Shown here piece by piece: positions 47,254 to 56,614 of a stretch of 64,000 nt of DNA; the stretch's first letter is position 1; every line of letters begins with the position of its first letter. The notes below the pieces were generated by a model, which saw only the letters and a program-made list of their open reading frames with translations, was not told where the DNA came from and made no database searches. The position numbers and the translations under genes were made by a program. Source of the DNA: Candidatus Bathyarchaeota archaeon (GTDB taxonomy: Archaea; Thermoproteota; Bathyarchaeia; Hecatellales; Hecatellaceae); NCBI GenBank assembly GCA_052246995.1, contig JBQPWD010000004.1:137985-201984 (forward strand), written 5' to 3'.

Positions 47254-49014
47254 ATGTGTAACGGTGAGGAGATAGAAGAGCTTATTGAAAAATACGCATT
47301 GTTGAATGCTTATCTACATGGGGGTAAAGCTAAACCTGAGAAGGTTCTTGGAAAGGTTTTAGGAGAGGCTCCTGAGTACCGTGGAAAGGTTAGGGATATT
47401 CTGGAGAAGGTTAATGTTAAAGTTGAAGAGGTAAATAGGTTAACTATTGATGAGCAAAAAAGGATTCTGGAAAGACGTTGGCCAGAGCTTTTAATGGAAG
47501 AGAAGGTTAAGGAGGAAAAACGTCTTCCACCACTACCTAACGTGGAAAAGTACAGTAAAATTGTAACAAGGTTTTCACCCAACCCTGACTGTGTTCTTCA
47601 TCTTGGGTCTACAAGAGCAGCTATTTTATCTTGGTTTTATGCTAAAAAAATCTACAATGGGGAATTTTATCTTAGATTTGAGGATACGGATCCAAGGTTT
47701 AAACGACCAGCCCTAGAGTTTTATGACCTTATACGTGAAGACCTTACCTGGCTTGGATGTAAATGGGATAAGGAGTTTATTCAAAGTGATAGACTTGAAA
47801 TCTACTATAGCTATGCTGAAAAGCTGATTAAGGATTGTTTTGCGTATGTTTGTACATGTAAACCTGAAAATTTTAAGGTTAAGGTTTTAGCTGGAGAGCC
47901 ATGTCCATGTAGAAATTTACCGGTTGAGGAGCATCTTTTAAGATGGGATAAAATGCTTGAAGGAGGCTTTAGTGAGGGTGACGCTGTAGTTAGGATTAAA
48001 ACTGAGCTTAACCATCCAAACCCGGCAATAAGGGATTGGCCTGCTTTAAGAATTATTGATACTGGAAAGTATCCTCATCCTAGGGTTGGTGATAAGTATG
48101 TTGTTTGGCCTTTGTATAATTTTTCATGTGGAATTGACGACCATCTTTTAGGAATAACTCACATCATTAGAGGGAAGGAGCATCTTACAAACGAGTTGAG
48201 GCAACACTATCTTTACAGGTATCTTGGCTGGAGTTACCCTGAAGCTACTCATTATGGTAGGCTTAAAGTTACAGGTACAGTTTTAAGTAAATCAAAAATT
48301 AGGCTTGGAGTTGAGAAGGGTGTGTATGAAGGATATGATGACCCTAGGCTTGCAACATTAATAGCTTTAAGGCGTAGAGGATTTAAACCTGAAGCTATTG
48401 TTAATTTGATGATTGATGTTGGGGTAAAACCTGTTGATGTAACAATTTCATGGGAAAACCTTTACGCGTTAAATAGGAAGATTGTGGATAAGGAGGCTAA
48501 TAGGTACTTTTTTGTTTCAAACCCAATTTTGCTTGAAATTTCAGAGTTATTTTTAAGTAAAGATGAGGAATTTAAAGTTAAGCTTCATCTTCACCCAGAT
48601 AACCCTGAACGGGGATTTAGAGAATTAAAGGTCAAGGTATACGATGGAAAAGCAAGATTTTATGTTTCAAAGGAAGATTTAAGTGTACTTCAACCTGGAG
48701 GGGTTGTTAGACTTATGGGTTTTATAAACGTTAAGGTTGAGGAGGTTAAAGAAGACAACGTTGTTAAAGCAACTTTCCATAGCAAGGGTTATGATGAAGC
48801 TAAAAAGTTGAAGACACCTTTAATTCATTATCTTCCAGTAGATGAAAACTATCCTGCAAAAGTTGTGATGCCTAACGGTTTAAAAGTTGCTGGTTTAGTA
48901 GAACCAGCAGTTAAAAACGTTAAGGTTGGAGAAGTTGTGCAGTTTGAAAGATTTGGCTTTGCCAGGGTTGAACGTGTGGATGATGAATTTCTTGCTATTT
49001 TTACTCATCGTTAG
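47254..49014 (+). CDS. gltX: glutamyl-tRNA synthetase (archaeal)
   Basis: 'TRFSPNP..HLGS', 'RFEDTDP', 'THIIRGKEH', 'LSKS', 'QFERFGF'. Confidence 0.97.
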   Translation: MCNGEEIEELIEKYALLNAYLHGGKAKPEKVLGKVLGEAPEYRGKVRDILEKVNVKVEEVNRLTIDEQKRILERRWPELLMEEKVKEEKRLPPLPNVEKYSKIVTRFSPNPDCVLHLGSTRAAILSWFYAKKIYNGEFYLRFEDTDPRFKRPALEFYDLIREDLTWLGCKWDKEFIQSDRLEIYYSYAEKLIKDCFAYVCTCKPENFKVKVLAGEPCPCRNLPVEEHLLRWDKMLEGGFSEGDAVVRIKTELNHPNPAIRDWPALRIIDTGKYPHPRVGDKYVVWPLYNFSCGIDDHLLGITHIIRGKEHLTNELRQHYLYRYLGWSYPEATHYGRLKVTGTVLSKSKIRLGVEKGVYEGYDDPRLATLIALRRRGFKPEAIVNLMIDVGVKPVDVTISWENLYALNRKIVDKEANRYFFVSNPILLEISELFLSKDEEFKVKLHLHPDNPERGFRELKVKVYDGKARFYVSKEDLSVLQPGGVVRLMGFINVKVEEVKEDNVVKATFHSKGYDEAKKLKTPLIHYLPVDENYPAKVVMPNGLKVAGLVEPAVKNVKVGEVVQFERFGFARVERVDDEFLAIFTHR

Positions 49015-49052
49015 GAGAAAATTTTATATGTTCGGCTTTTACTTAAACCAGA

Positions 49053-49082
49053 ACGCATAGAATCTTATTGGGGGTGAGGCGT
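49053..49082 (+). promoter_or_regulatory. K-turn-like structure in the rpl7ae 5' leader covering the SD
   Basis: ACGC-ATA-GA-ATCTT-attg-GGGGT-GA-g-GCGT: C-stem, 3-nt bulge, tandem GA/AG, capped stem (one extra G); TATA TTTATATG at ~49023. Confidence 0.5.
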
Positions 49083-49457
49083 ACGCCTAAACCATTTTAC
49101 GTAAGATTTGAAGTTCCTAAGGATGTTGCCGAATCTGCCTATGAAGCCCTCAGAATAGCAAGGGAAACAGGAAAAATTAAGCGGGGAACAAATGAAACAA
49201 CAAAAAGTGTTGAAAGAGGTGTAGCTAAGCTGGTGCTTATAGCTGAGGATGTTGAACCACCTGAAATTGTTGCGCATCTACCGCTTTTATGTGAAGAGAG
49301 AAAGATACCGTATGTTTATGTTCCAAGCAAAGAAAAACTTGGTGAAGCTGCGGGAATAGAGGTTAAAGCTGCATCTGCAACAATTATTGAACCTGGTGAA
49401 GCTAAGGATTTAGTTGAGGAGATAATAAAGAAGGTTGAAGGTTTAAGGAAAAGTTAA
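49083..49457 (+). CDS. rpl7ae: 50S ribosomal protein L7Ae (probable ACG start at 49083; alternatives TTG 49068 / GTG 49074)
   Basis: '[11 protein letters not shown]', '[12 protein letters not shown]', 'IAEDVEPPE'. Confidence 0.96.
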   Translation, partial: TPKPFYVRFEVPKDVAESAYEALRIARETGKIKRGTNETTKSVERGVAKLVLIAEDVEPPEIVAHLPLLCEERKIPYVYVPSKEKLGEAAGIEVKAASATIIEPGEAKDLVEEIIKKVEGLRKS

Positions 49458-49488
49458 AAATTAGAAAGGTTATGATTTAAAGTGTTTA

Positions 49489-49698
49489 ATGATGAGCCGT
49501 GAAGAACTTACGCCTGCGGAGGTTGTTGAAGTTGTTGGTAGAACTGGTGTTACTGGAGAGGTTATTCAGGTTAGGGTTAAAATTTTAAGTGGAAAAGAAA
49601 AAGGAAGGGTTATTACAAGAAATGTACGTGGACCTGTACGTCTTGGGGATGTATTGATGTTACGTGAAACTGAAAGGGAGGCTAGAAAAATAGCTTAA
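49489..49698 (+). CDS. rps28e: 30S ribosomal protein S28e
   Basis: 'VGRTGVTGE', '[20 protein letters not shown]'. Confidence 0.97.
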   Translation: MMSREELTPAEVVEVVGRTGVTGEVIQVRVKILSGKEKGRVITRNVRGPVRLGDVLMLRETEREARKIA

Positions 49699-49713
49699 AA
49701 CAGGTTGACGGTT

Positions 49714-49911
49714 TTGCCTAAACCTAGAATATGCTCTTTCTGCGGTAAAGAATACCCCCAAGGAATGGGTTTAATGTATGTTAAGAATAGTGGAGAAATT
49801 TTATGGTTTTGTTCAAGTAAGTGTAGAAAAAATTCTCTTAATCTTGGAAGAGATTCAAGAAAGCTTAAATGGACAGTTTACTATGGTAAAGAGGTAAAAG
49901 GTAAAGCTTAA
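49714..49911 (+). CDS. rpl24e: 50S ribosomal protein L24e
   Basis: 'CSFCG..YP.G.G', 'FCSSKC', 'RKLKWT'; start at TTG-CCT. Confidence 0.96.
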   Translation: MPKPRICSFCGKEYPQGMGLMYVKNSGEILWFCSSKCRKNSLNLGRDSRKLKWTVYYGKEVKGKA

Positions 49912-49999
49912 AATTAATGTTTAATCTAAATTTAAACGTACGATTTTCCCTGTAAGTTGGTGAGAAAATATTTTTTAATGTTGAAGGAGGTCTTAGTTT

Positions 50000-50563
50000 T
50001 TGAGTAAAACCGAGAAAACTGTAGTAAAAGTTTGCGATATAATGAAAGCTCCAGTGGTAACTATTGGTGAAAATGTGTCTATAAGTGGCGTAGCTAAACT
50101 TATGGTTGAAAAAAATGTTGGAAGTGTTGTTGTTGTTGATGTTGTAAAGAAGCCTGTTGGCATAATTACCGCCGCAGATATTGTTAAACGAGTTGTAGCG
50201 AAAAATGTTTTACCTTCAAAAGTTAAAAGTAGGGATGTTATGAGTAAGCCTGTTGTAACAATACCTCCTCAGGCAACGGTTAATGAAGCTGTTACAAGAA
50301 TGAGAAACTTTGGTGTTAAAAGATTAGTGGTTATGGATAAAGGGGAAATTGTTGGGATGGTTTCAAGCTTGGAGATTTTAAACATAAAACCAAAACTTCT
50401 TGAAGTTACTCTGGAGAAGGCTAGGCTGGGTATTCTTCCAAGCAGGGTGGAAGGTGCACCACTAGCAGGTTACTGTGAAGTTTGTGGGCAATGGTCTGAG
50501 GCGCTTTCTGACTCTAACGGAAAGCTTGTATGTGAGGAATGTATAAGTGAGGAGGAAGTTTAG
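50000..50563 (+). CDS. CBS-pair protein with C-terminal Zn ribbon
   Basis: two CBS repeats ('VGIIT..DI', 'IVGMVS'); C-terminal CEVC...CEEC. Confidence 0.88.
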   Translation: MSKTEKTVVKVCDIMKAPVVTIGENVSISGVAKLMVEKNVGSVVVVDVVKKPVGIITAADIVKRVVAKNVLPSKVKSRDVMSKPVVTIPPQATVNEAVTRMRNFGVKRLVVMDKGEIVGMVSSLEILNIKPKLLEVTLEKARLGILPSRVEGAPLAGYCEVCGQWSEALSDSNGKLVCEECISEEEV

Positions 50564-50739
50564 GTTATTCGTATTTTGACTTATCTTTAACTTACTTAAT
50601 TCATTATATAGTATTTTAATGGTTGTGTTAATTCCTAACTATATTAAGTTTAATTTAAAAAGACTTATAACCACCATCTACCATTAAAGAGTAGCCAAAT
50701 TAGTTTAACATTGATGCGGGTAAAAGAGTATAGAAGAAA

Positions 50740-52023
50740 ATGGTGGATAAAGAGGTAAAGTTAAGGTTTCTTGGAGGAGTTGGCGAAGTTGGAAGGTCTT
50801 CCATAGCTTTAAGTAGTGGAGATACTACTGTTTTACTTGACTATGGTGTTCTTTTAAACCATGAGCCATCATTCCCCCTACATGTACAGCCAAAAAATAT
50901 TGACGGAATACTTCTTACCCATGCACACTTAGACCATAGTGGAGGTATACCTTTATTTTACCTTAGAGGAAAAATTCCACTTTACACTACCGAACTAACA
51001 TTAAAGCTTTCAAGAGTGCTTATAAACGACTTAATAAAACTTTCAGGATATTTTCTTCCCTATGAAGGTTTAAACGTGAATGTTATGGAAAGATGCTTTA
51101 CGCCTACAGGTTATGGTGAAAAGTTTAGGATTAAAGATTTAAGTTTTGAGTTTAAGGATGCAGGACATATTCCTGGAAGTGCTCAAATAGTTGTTAAGGT
51201 TGCAGAGGAAGACAATGGTAAAACCATAGTTTACACTGGAGATATTAATTTAAGGGAAACAAAACTTTTAAACGCCGCAGAAATCCCCCGTGAGGAAATT
51301 TCATGCCTAATTTTGGAATCAACATATGCAACTGAAGACCACCCGCCAAGACGTGAGGTTGAGGAGGCTTTTGTTAAAAGGGTTAGAGAGGTTGTTGAGG
51401 GGGGTGGAACAGTTCTTATTCCAGCTTTTTCTGTTGGAAGGTCTCAAGAGGTTTTATGTGTTCTTGCTGAGCAAAATTTTAACTTTCCAATTGTTATGGA
51501 TGGTATGGCTTTGGAGGTAAACAGAATTTTGCTTGAACATCATGAATATTTTAGGGATTATGAGCTTTTAAAGCATGCTTTAAACAATGTTGAATGGGTT
51601 GAAAGGTGGAAGGATAGGCGTTTAGCTGTTAAAAAACCATGTGTGATAATTTCTCCAGCGGGAATGCTTCAAGGTGGGGCTGCAGCTTTTTACGTTAAGG
51701 AGGTTGCAAAATTAAGTAGAAATGCCATTTTTCTTGTAAGTTTTCAAATACCTGGAACACCTGGAAGAAAGCTTCTTGAAGAAAAGAAGATGTTTTTTGG
51801 CGGAGGAAAAGTTAATGTTGAAGCTGAAGTTGAAAAATTTGATTTTTCATCTCATGCTGGAGAAAGCGAACTTAAAGAGTTTTTAAAAAATGTTAAAGGA
51901 AATCCAACAGTTTTTCTTGTTCATGGAAGTAAGGAGAAATCTGAAAAACTTGCTGAATGGATAAAAACTGAACTTGGTATACCGGCTTATGTTCCATCAA
52001 TTGGAGATGTTTTTAAAGTTTAA
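50740..52023 (+). CDS. metallo-beta-lactamase/beta-CASP ribonuclease (aCPSF2-like)
   Basis: 'GGVGEVGRS', THAHLDH, 'AGHIPGS', 'YTGD', 'ESTY', 'FSSHA', 'VHG'; no KH domains. Confidence 0.9.
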   Translation: MVDKEVKLRFLGGVGEVGRSSIALSSGDTTVLLDYGVLLNHEPSFPLHVQPKNIDGILLTHAHLDHSGGIPLFYLRGKIPLYTTELTLKLSRVLINDLIKLSGYFLPYEGLNVNVMERCFTPTGYGEKFRIKDLSFEFKDAGHIPGSAQIVVKVAEEDNGKTIVYTGDINLRETKLLNAAEIPREEISCLILESTYATEDHPPRREVEEAFVKRVREVVEGGGTVLIPAFSVGRSQEVLCVLAEQNFNFPIVMDGMALEVNRILLEHHEYFRDYELLKHALNNVEWVERWKDRRLAVKKPCVIISPAGMLQGGAAAFYVKEVAKLSRNAIFLVSFQIPGTPGRKLLEEKKMFFGGGKVNVEAEVEKFDFSSHAGESELKEFLKNVKGNPTVFLVHGSKEKSEKLAEWIKTELGIPAYVPSIGDVFKV

Positions 52024-52050
52024 AATAATTTAATAAAAAAGAATTTGATT

Positions 52051-55000
52051 TTATAGTGGGAAGACTATTACAGACAGGGAAACAACTTTACTCAAGGCTC
52101 TAGGTTCAAGCCAGCTTTTCCAAACATAGATTTCAATTGTATGTATACCTGACTTTTCAGGTTGCCATTGGAGACCGTAAGTGTAGGATTGTTGAGCTGG
52201 AACGGTTCCTGAGATAAAGCTTAAGTAAACAACTCTTCCATCGGCATCCTTAACCTGTACAATGTAGAGGAGGCTTAAATCTTCGAAAGCATTGTTTGTA
52301 AGATTTGAAGATATAACTATGGGTAGGTCTACGATAACTTTTCCAACAACCCTACCTTGAAAGTCAAGCAGTGTAGGTGTAGAAACATCTACTGGTGGAA
52401 TCCCTGCGGCTAAACCTATTGTTGCTTTTGCAGTAACCTCAAGGAAGGGTATTGGTGTGTCTTTAACCCATCCTGGAACATCTGATGGACTTGGGTTTTT
52501 ATCAACATATTTGGCTGTAACTATGTCTCCAACGTTAACCTTAAGTTTTGAACCGATACTTTCATCTGCAAACCTAACCTCTCCTTTAAATACCCCTGTG
52601 TTAGGGCCTGTTTCAGCTAAAACTATGCTTACACCTGCAAGGTCGGTTGATGAGAAAACGTTAACGTTGACAAATTCTATGGTTGTTGATTCCTCGTTTA
52701 AATCGGGGTCTACCAATGTTATTATTGCTGTATCGTTAAACATGTAACTTGTTTTGTCAAAGCTTAATTTTGCTGTTGTCTGCTTAATTTGGGCTTTAGC
52801 TGTTACATGAATTTCTTTAACATTGTCCTCACCTATAGGGTCAATGTAGGTTACCACTATCCAATCGTCATGTGCAACATAGCATACACCACTTACAGGT
52901 GGTTGTTGAGCTTCAAGTATGGATTTAAGCTGGAAACTTCCTCTAAATATTCCAGTGTCTGGACCTGTTTCAATTAAAGGTTTATCAAGGTTTACCGGAA
53001 TTGTTTGGGATGTGGATTTTATGGTAACCTCTTCAACCCCAATGGATTCAGCAAAACTAGGATCCTTGTTTCTGTCAGGGTCTTTAACTTCAACTTCAAC
53101 CACGCCGCTTAATGGGTAATATTGCTTGTTAAGTGTAATTTCCCCGGTTGTGGCTGAAACTTTAACTTTTTCAACCAGCCTAACACCATTACCATTAGCA
53201 TCCTGCTCGTCATTATACCTGATTGTTATAGTGTCACCAGCATCGGCTTGAATGGTTCTGCCAAGCTTAACCTCACCGGTAAATATTCCACTGTTAGGCT
53301 CAGTTTCAACAAGCACTATTTGTGTTTCTGTTGCACCTGGAAATGTTGATAAAACATCTACTCCACCCCAATCTCCAACATTCCCGGCAGGGATTACATC
53401 TTTAATGTATGGGTTTAGGTTCCAGTCTTCATCTCTTACAGTTACAGTTATTTTTCCACCGGGGTGAACAGTAATACTGCTAACTGACAGTATACCTGAA
53501 TGAGTTCTTACGGGAGCTTTAACTGTAATGTTTAAAGGTTTACCTGACTCATCAAACTTGTCTAAATATTTAACCTCAACCATGTCTCCTGTTTTAACTG
53601 AGCTGCTAAGCCAATGTTTGGAGAAGAATACGCCAGTGTTGTTTCCAGTTTCAGTTAAGTTTAGCCATATAGGATAGGGTGCTCTGGCAGTTCCATCTGG
53701 CTTTAAAACGTTTATAAGCAATGTTTGGTTTGTTTCACGGTAAAAGTCTACAGCATCAACGTTTCTGTTTAAGTCAGGGTCTAAAACGTTTACTGTTACA
53801 AGTCCTCCATGTTCTGGAACAAGACAGCTAGTTGAGTGAACCCTACCTGGACTGTAAACAGGTTTATCAAGTGTAACATTTCCTCTGAAAGTTTTACATA
53901 TAGCTGCCAAGACATGAGGTCTAGGACCACCATACTCGTCAATTCTTTCATTATAAACTAATGTTAAAGATGCACCTGGTGGAGCTTTAACTGTTGGTGT
54001 TGAACCGCTTTTTCCCTCCCACGGAGAAACTACAAAAAACCCTACAAATTTATTAGTATTGTCTCCTGTTTCTACCAGGGTGATACCCCAAGGCCCACTT
54101 GTACCTCCAACCCAGCTACTTTTAACTGTTACAATGTTTTCTGTGTAGGGTATTATGTCAGGTCTTTTAAAATCTATATTTTCATCCGGGTCGTAGATAG
54201 TGACCTTACCAATATGTAAAGGACCGTAAAAGCTTCTGTCAAGGGTAACGTTGGCTGTAAATGTTTTAAACATTGCTATAGCGGTAACAGCGTAGTTTTC
54301 CACTCCAGCTGCATTTTTCTCATCAGTGTAGTTTGCGTAGATGTAGTCTCCGCTTGAAACCTTTAAAACGTCAGGAGGAATTGTTTCGCTTAAGGATAGG
54401 GTAAAGTTTCCAACAAAAATTCCAGTGTTAACATCTGTTTCAACAAGAATTATTGGGAAGCCTAGAGGGTCTGTGGTGCTTGTAATCCATAAGGAGCCTG
54501 GACCACCGTAGGTGGTGGTATCCTTTACTTTTGAGTCAACATTTAAATCTGGGTCTTCAACTTTAACGGTAACACTTTCACCAATCCTGTATATACTTTT
54601 GTCAAAGCTTACCTTACCAGTATAGGTTACAACTGATGCATAACCCTTTTTTACACTATACTTCTCAGGGTCAGGTAGCCTTGGTAGAACTGACGAGGAG
54701 TAGTCAATGTAGTTTGCTGTTAATGTTGCAGGTGCGATAACAGCTGGAGGCCTAAAATCACCTTTAGATATTGTAGCAGTAAATGTTCCAGTGTTTGGTC
54801 CAGTTTCAGTAATTGTTAAATTTGGGAAGGTAAGTTTATCGTTAACATAAACTGAGAGAATTCCCCCTAAATCTTTAAGCTTTGCCCCAAAGTTTAATGA
54901 GGCTGGGTTGAGAGTGTAACTTTCAGCTATTGTTGGGTCTTGGTTTAAATCTGGATCTTCAACCGTAAGGTAAACTTTGGCTTTTTCAGGGTAAACTCCC

Positions 55001-55644
55001 CTGTCAAACCTAACCCTACCCTCAACAGTTATGTAAAAAACCTCAGCAACCCTTACACCAGGAGGATTTTCATCGTAATACTCAATTGTAATCTTCTCTC
55101 CAGGATTGGCATAAATGCTTGTAACACTCTTAAAATCTCCAGCCCAAATACCTTCACCTAGCCCAAGAGTAGCATCTTGTTTTGGAGGATTTTGAGGAAT
55201 AACTCCTTCAAGATCCTCTCCTGTGGGGTTAGTAACAAAGCTGTTGGCTGTAACGTTAAAGTCGCCTAGGGAACATTTTCCATCTTGGTCTAGGTCTATG
55301 ATTATGGGTTCATCTGGATCCCATAAATTGTTACCATTTTTATCAATCCAACTCCAAACCCTAATATAACCAAACCAGTATCCCTCAACTGATTGGTACA
55401 TTTTTACTGTGTAAACATCGTATCCTGTTTTAACTTTAACTACGGGCATTGCCGCATCTTTTTTGTCTGGGTAGGCTATGTCTGGGTCGTAAACTCTTAT
55501 CTCGAGAACTGAAAATTGGCTGAATGTTGAGCTTGAAACTTCTATTTTTCCTGCTTCTTGTGCTTTAACGTTTACTGGAAAGCTTGTAACGGCCAATGTT
55601 GATAGTAGAAGGATGATTGTTAAAAGTAAGGTTTTATTCTTCAA
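52051..55644 (-). CDS. S-layer-like secreted protein with ~8 Ig-like repeats
   Basis: Sec signal (..VKA|QE); repeated 'DPDxN...ETGxNTGxF' units; C-terminal 'YIVQVKD...W.P...G...I.IYVW' domain like Nitrososphaeria surface proteins. Confidence 0.75.
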   Translation of the reverse strand: MKNKTLLLTIILLLSTLAVTSFPVNVKAQEAGKIEVSSSTFSQFSVLEIRVYDPDIAYPDKKDAAMPVVKVKTGYDVYTVKMYQSVEGYWFGYIRVWSWIDKNGNNLWDPDEPIIIDLDQDGKCSLGDFNVTANSFVTNPTGEDLEGVIPQNPPKQDATLGLGEGIWAGDFKSVTSIYANPGEKITIEYYDENPPGVRVAEVFYITVEGRVRFDRGVYPEKAKVYLTVEDPDLNQDPTIAESYTLNPASLNFGAKLKDLGGILSVYVNDKLTFPNLTITETGPNTGTFTATISKGDFRPPAVIAPATLTANYIDYSSSVLPRLPDPEKYSVKKGYASVVTYTGKVSFDKSIYRIGESVTVKVEDPDLNVDSKVKDTTTYGGPGSLWITSTTDPLGFPIILVETDVNTGIFVGNFTLSLSETIPPDVLKVSSGDYIYANYTDEKNAAGVENYAVTAIAMFKTFTANVTLDRSFYGPLHIGKVTIYDPDENIDFKRPDIIPYTENIVTVKSSWVGGTSGPWGITLVETGDNTNKFVGFFVVSPWEGKSGSTPTVKAPPGASLTLVYNERIDEYGGPRPHVLAAICKTFRGNVTLDKPVYSPGRVHSTSCLVPEHGGLVTVNVLDPDLNRNVDAVDFYRETNQTLLINVLKPDGTARAPYPIWLNLTETGNNTGVFFSKHWLSSSVKTGDMVEVKYLDKFDESGKPLNITVKAPVRTHSGILSVSSITVHPGGKITVTVRDEDWNLNPYIKDVIPAGNVGDWGGVDVLSTFPGATETQIVLVETEPNSGIFTGEVKLGRTIQADAGDTITIRYNDEQDANGNGVRLVEKVKVSATTGEITLNKQYYPLSGVVEVEVKDPDRNKDPSFAESIGVEEVTIKSTSQTIPVNLDKPLIETGPDTGIFRGSFQLKSILEAQQPPVSGVCYVAHDDWIVVTYIDPIGEDNVKEIHVTAKAQIKQTTAKLSFDKTSYMFNDTAIITLVDPDLNEESTTIEFVNVNVFSSTDLAGVSIVLAETGPNTGVFKGEVRFADESIGSKLKVNVGDIVTAKYVDKNPSPSDVPGWVKDTPIPFLEVTAKATIGLAAGIPPVDVSTPTLLDFQGRVVGKVIVDLPIVISSNLTNNAFEDLSLLYIVQVKDADGRVVYLSFISGTVPAQQSYTYGLQWQPEKSGIHTIEIYVWKSWLEPRALSKVVSLSVIVFPL

Positions 55645-55720
55645 TTTTTCCCCCTTTTATGAGGCTTAGCTATGTTTTTAGTTATGGGTTAACCATTTAT
55701 TTAAAAATTTTCAAGTTTTC

Positions 55721-56416
55721 CTATGTTATTCTTGTTGCTGTTTCAATGTTTAAACCGTTTTCACCAATAGAAAAGACTATTATGTCTGGTGGAATGTTTT
55801 TTCCAAGCATTTTAAGTATAACCATGTTTCTAACCGAGATAAGGCCTCTAACCTCAAAACTAAAAAATATGACACCGTCAACAAAATGTTGAACCATAAC
55901 TTCAACTTCAGGTTTATGCATGTCTTTGGTTAGGAGTAGAAAATGTAAACCTCCAAACTTTTTAGCTTGATGTGAAATTTCAGTTAAAAAGTTTACAATT
56001 TTTTTTGTTGAATCCTCAAAAACAAGAAGGCTTGAAAAAGAGTCAAGAATAATCCAGCATCCTTTACCTATTTCTTCAAGGATAAGGTTAACTTTACTTA
56101 GGCTGTCAAAATTTTCAACAACCTTTACAAGCCCCTTGTTAACGTATTCGTCAAGGTTCCAGCCAAATGTAGCCCATTCACGTTTAACTTCCTCAACACT
56201 TTTATAGGAAAGAAAATACGTTACAGGTTTTCCCTCCAAGGTAACTCTGTTGTATGCAACTTGGGCGGCAAACAGGGAGTTTCCACAACCAGGTTTACTG
56301 TAAAGAAGTATTAAACTTCCAGAGGGGAAACCTCCACCAGTAATTTCATCAAATCCTGGTATGCCTGTTCTAATGTCTAAAGTCAAGTATCTTGCACCCA
56401 AGGCTGCTTTAAACAT
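55721..56416 (-). CDS. single-domain KaiC/RAD55-like protein with degenerate Walker A
   Basis: 'TGIPGFD...GG.P.GS.ILL', 'KPGCGNS', 'ILDSFS', 'VDGVI', 'KMLG', 'IETATRI'. Confidence 0.8.
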   Translation of the reverse strand: MFKAALGARYLTLDIRTGIPGFDEITGGGFPSGSLILLYSKPGCGNSLFAAQVAYNRVTLEGKPVTYFLSYKSVEEVKREWATFGWNLDEYVNKGLVKVVENFDSLSKVNLILEEIGKGCWIILDSFSSLLVFEDSTKKIVNFLTEISHQAKKFGGLHFLLLTKDMHKPEVEVMVQHFVDGVIFFSFEVRGLISVRNMVILKMLGKNIPPDIIVFSIGENGLNIETATRIT

Positions 56417-56614
56417 ATTATTGGTAACATTTTTATCATAAAAGTTTATATGGTGTTTAAATATAACATTCCTAAAACTTTTTAGGAATTTAAAAAAATG
56501 TGTTTATTATATGTTGAGTATTTTTAACCTTAAAACATTCTTCCATCATCCTTCTTATGGGTAAAATTAATATAGTAGGAGAAGGCTAATCCTATTTGGT
56601 TTGCTTGGAGATAC

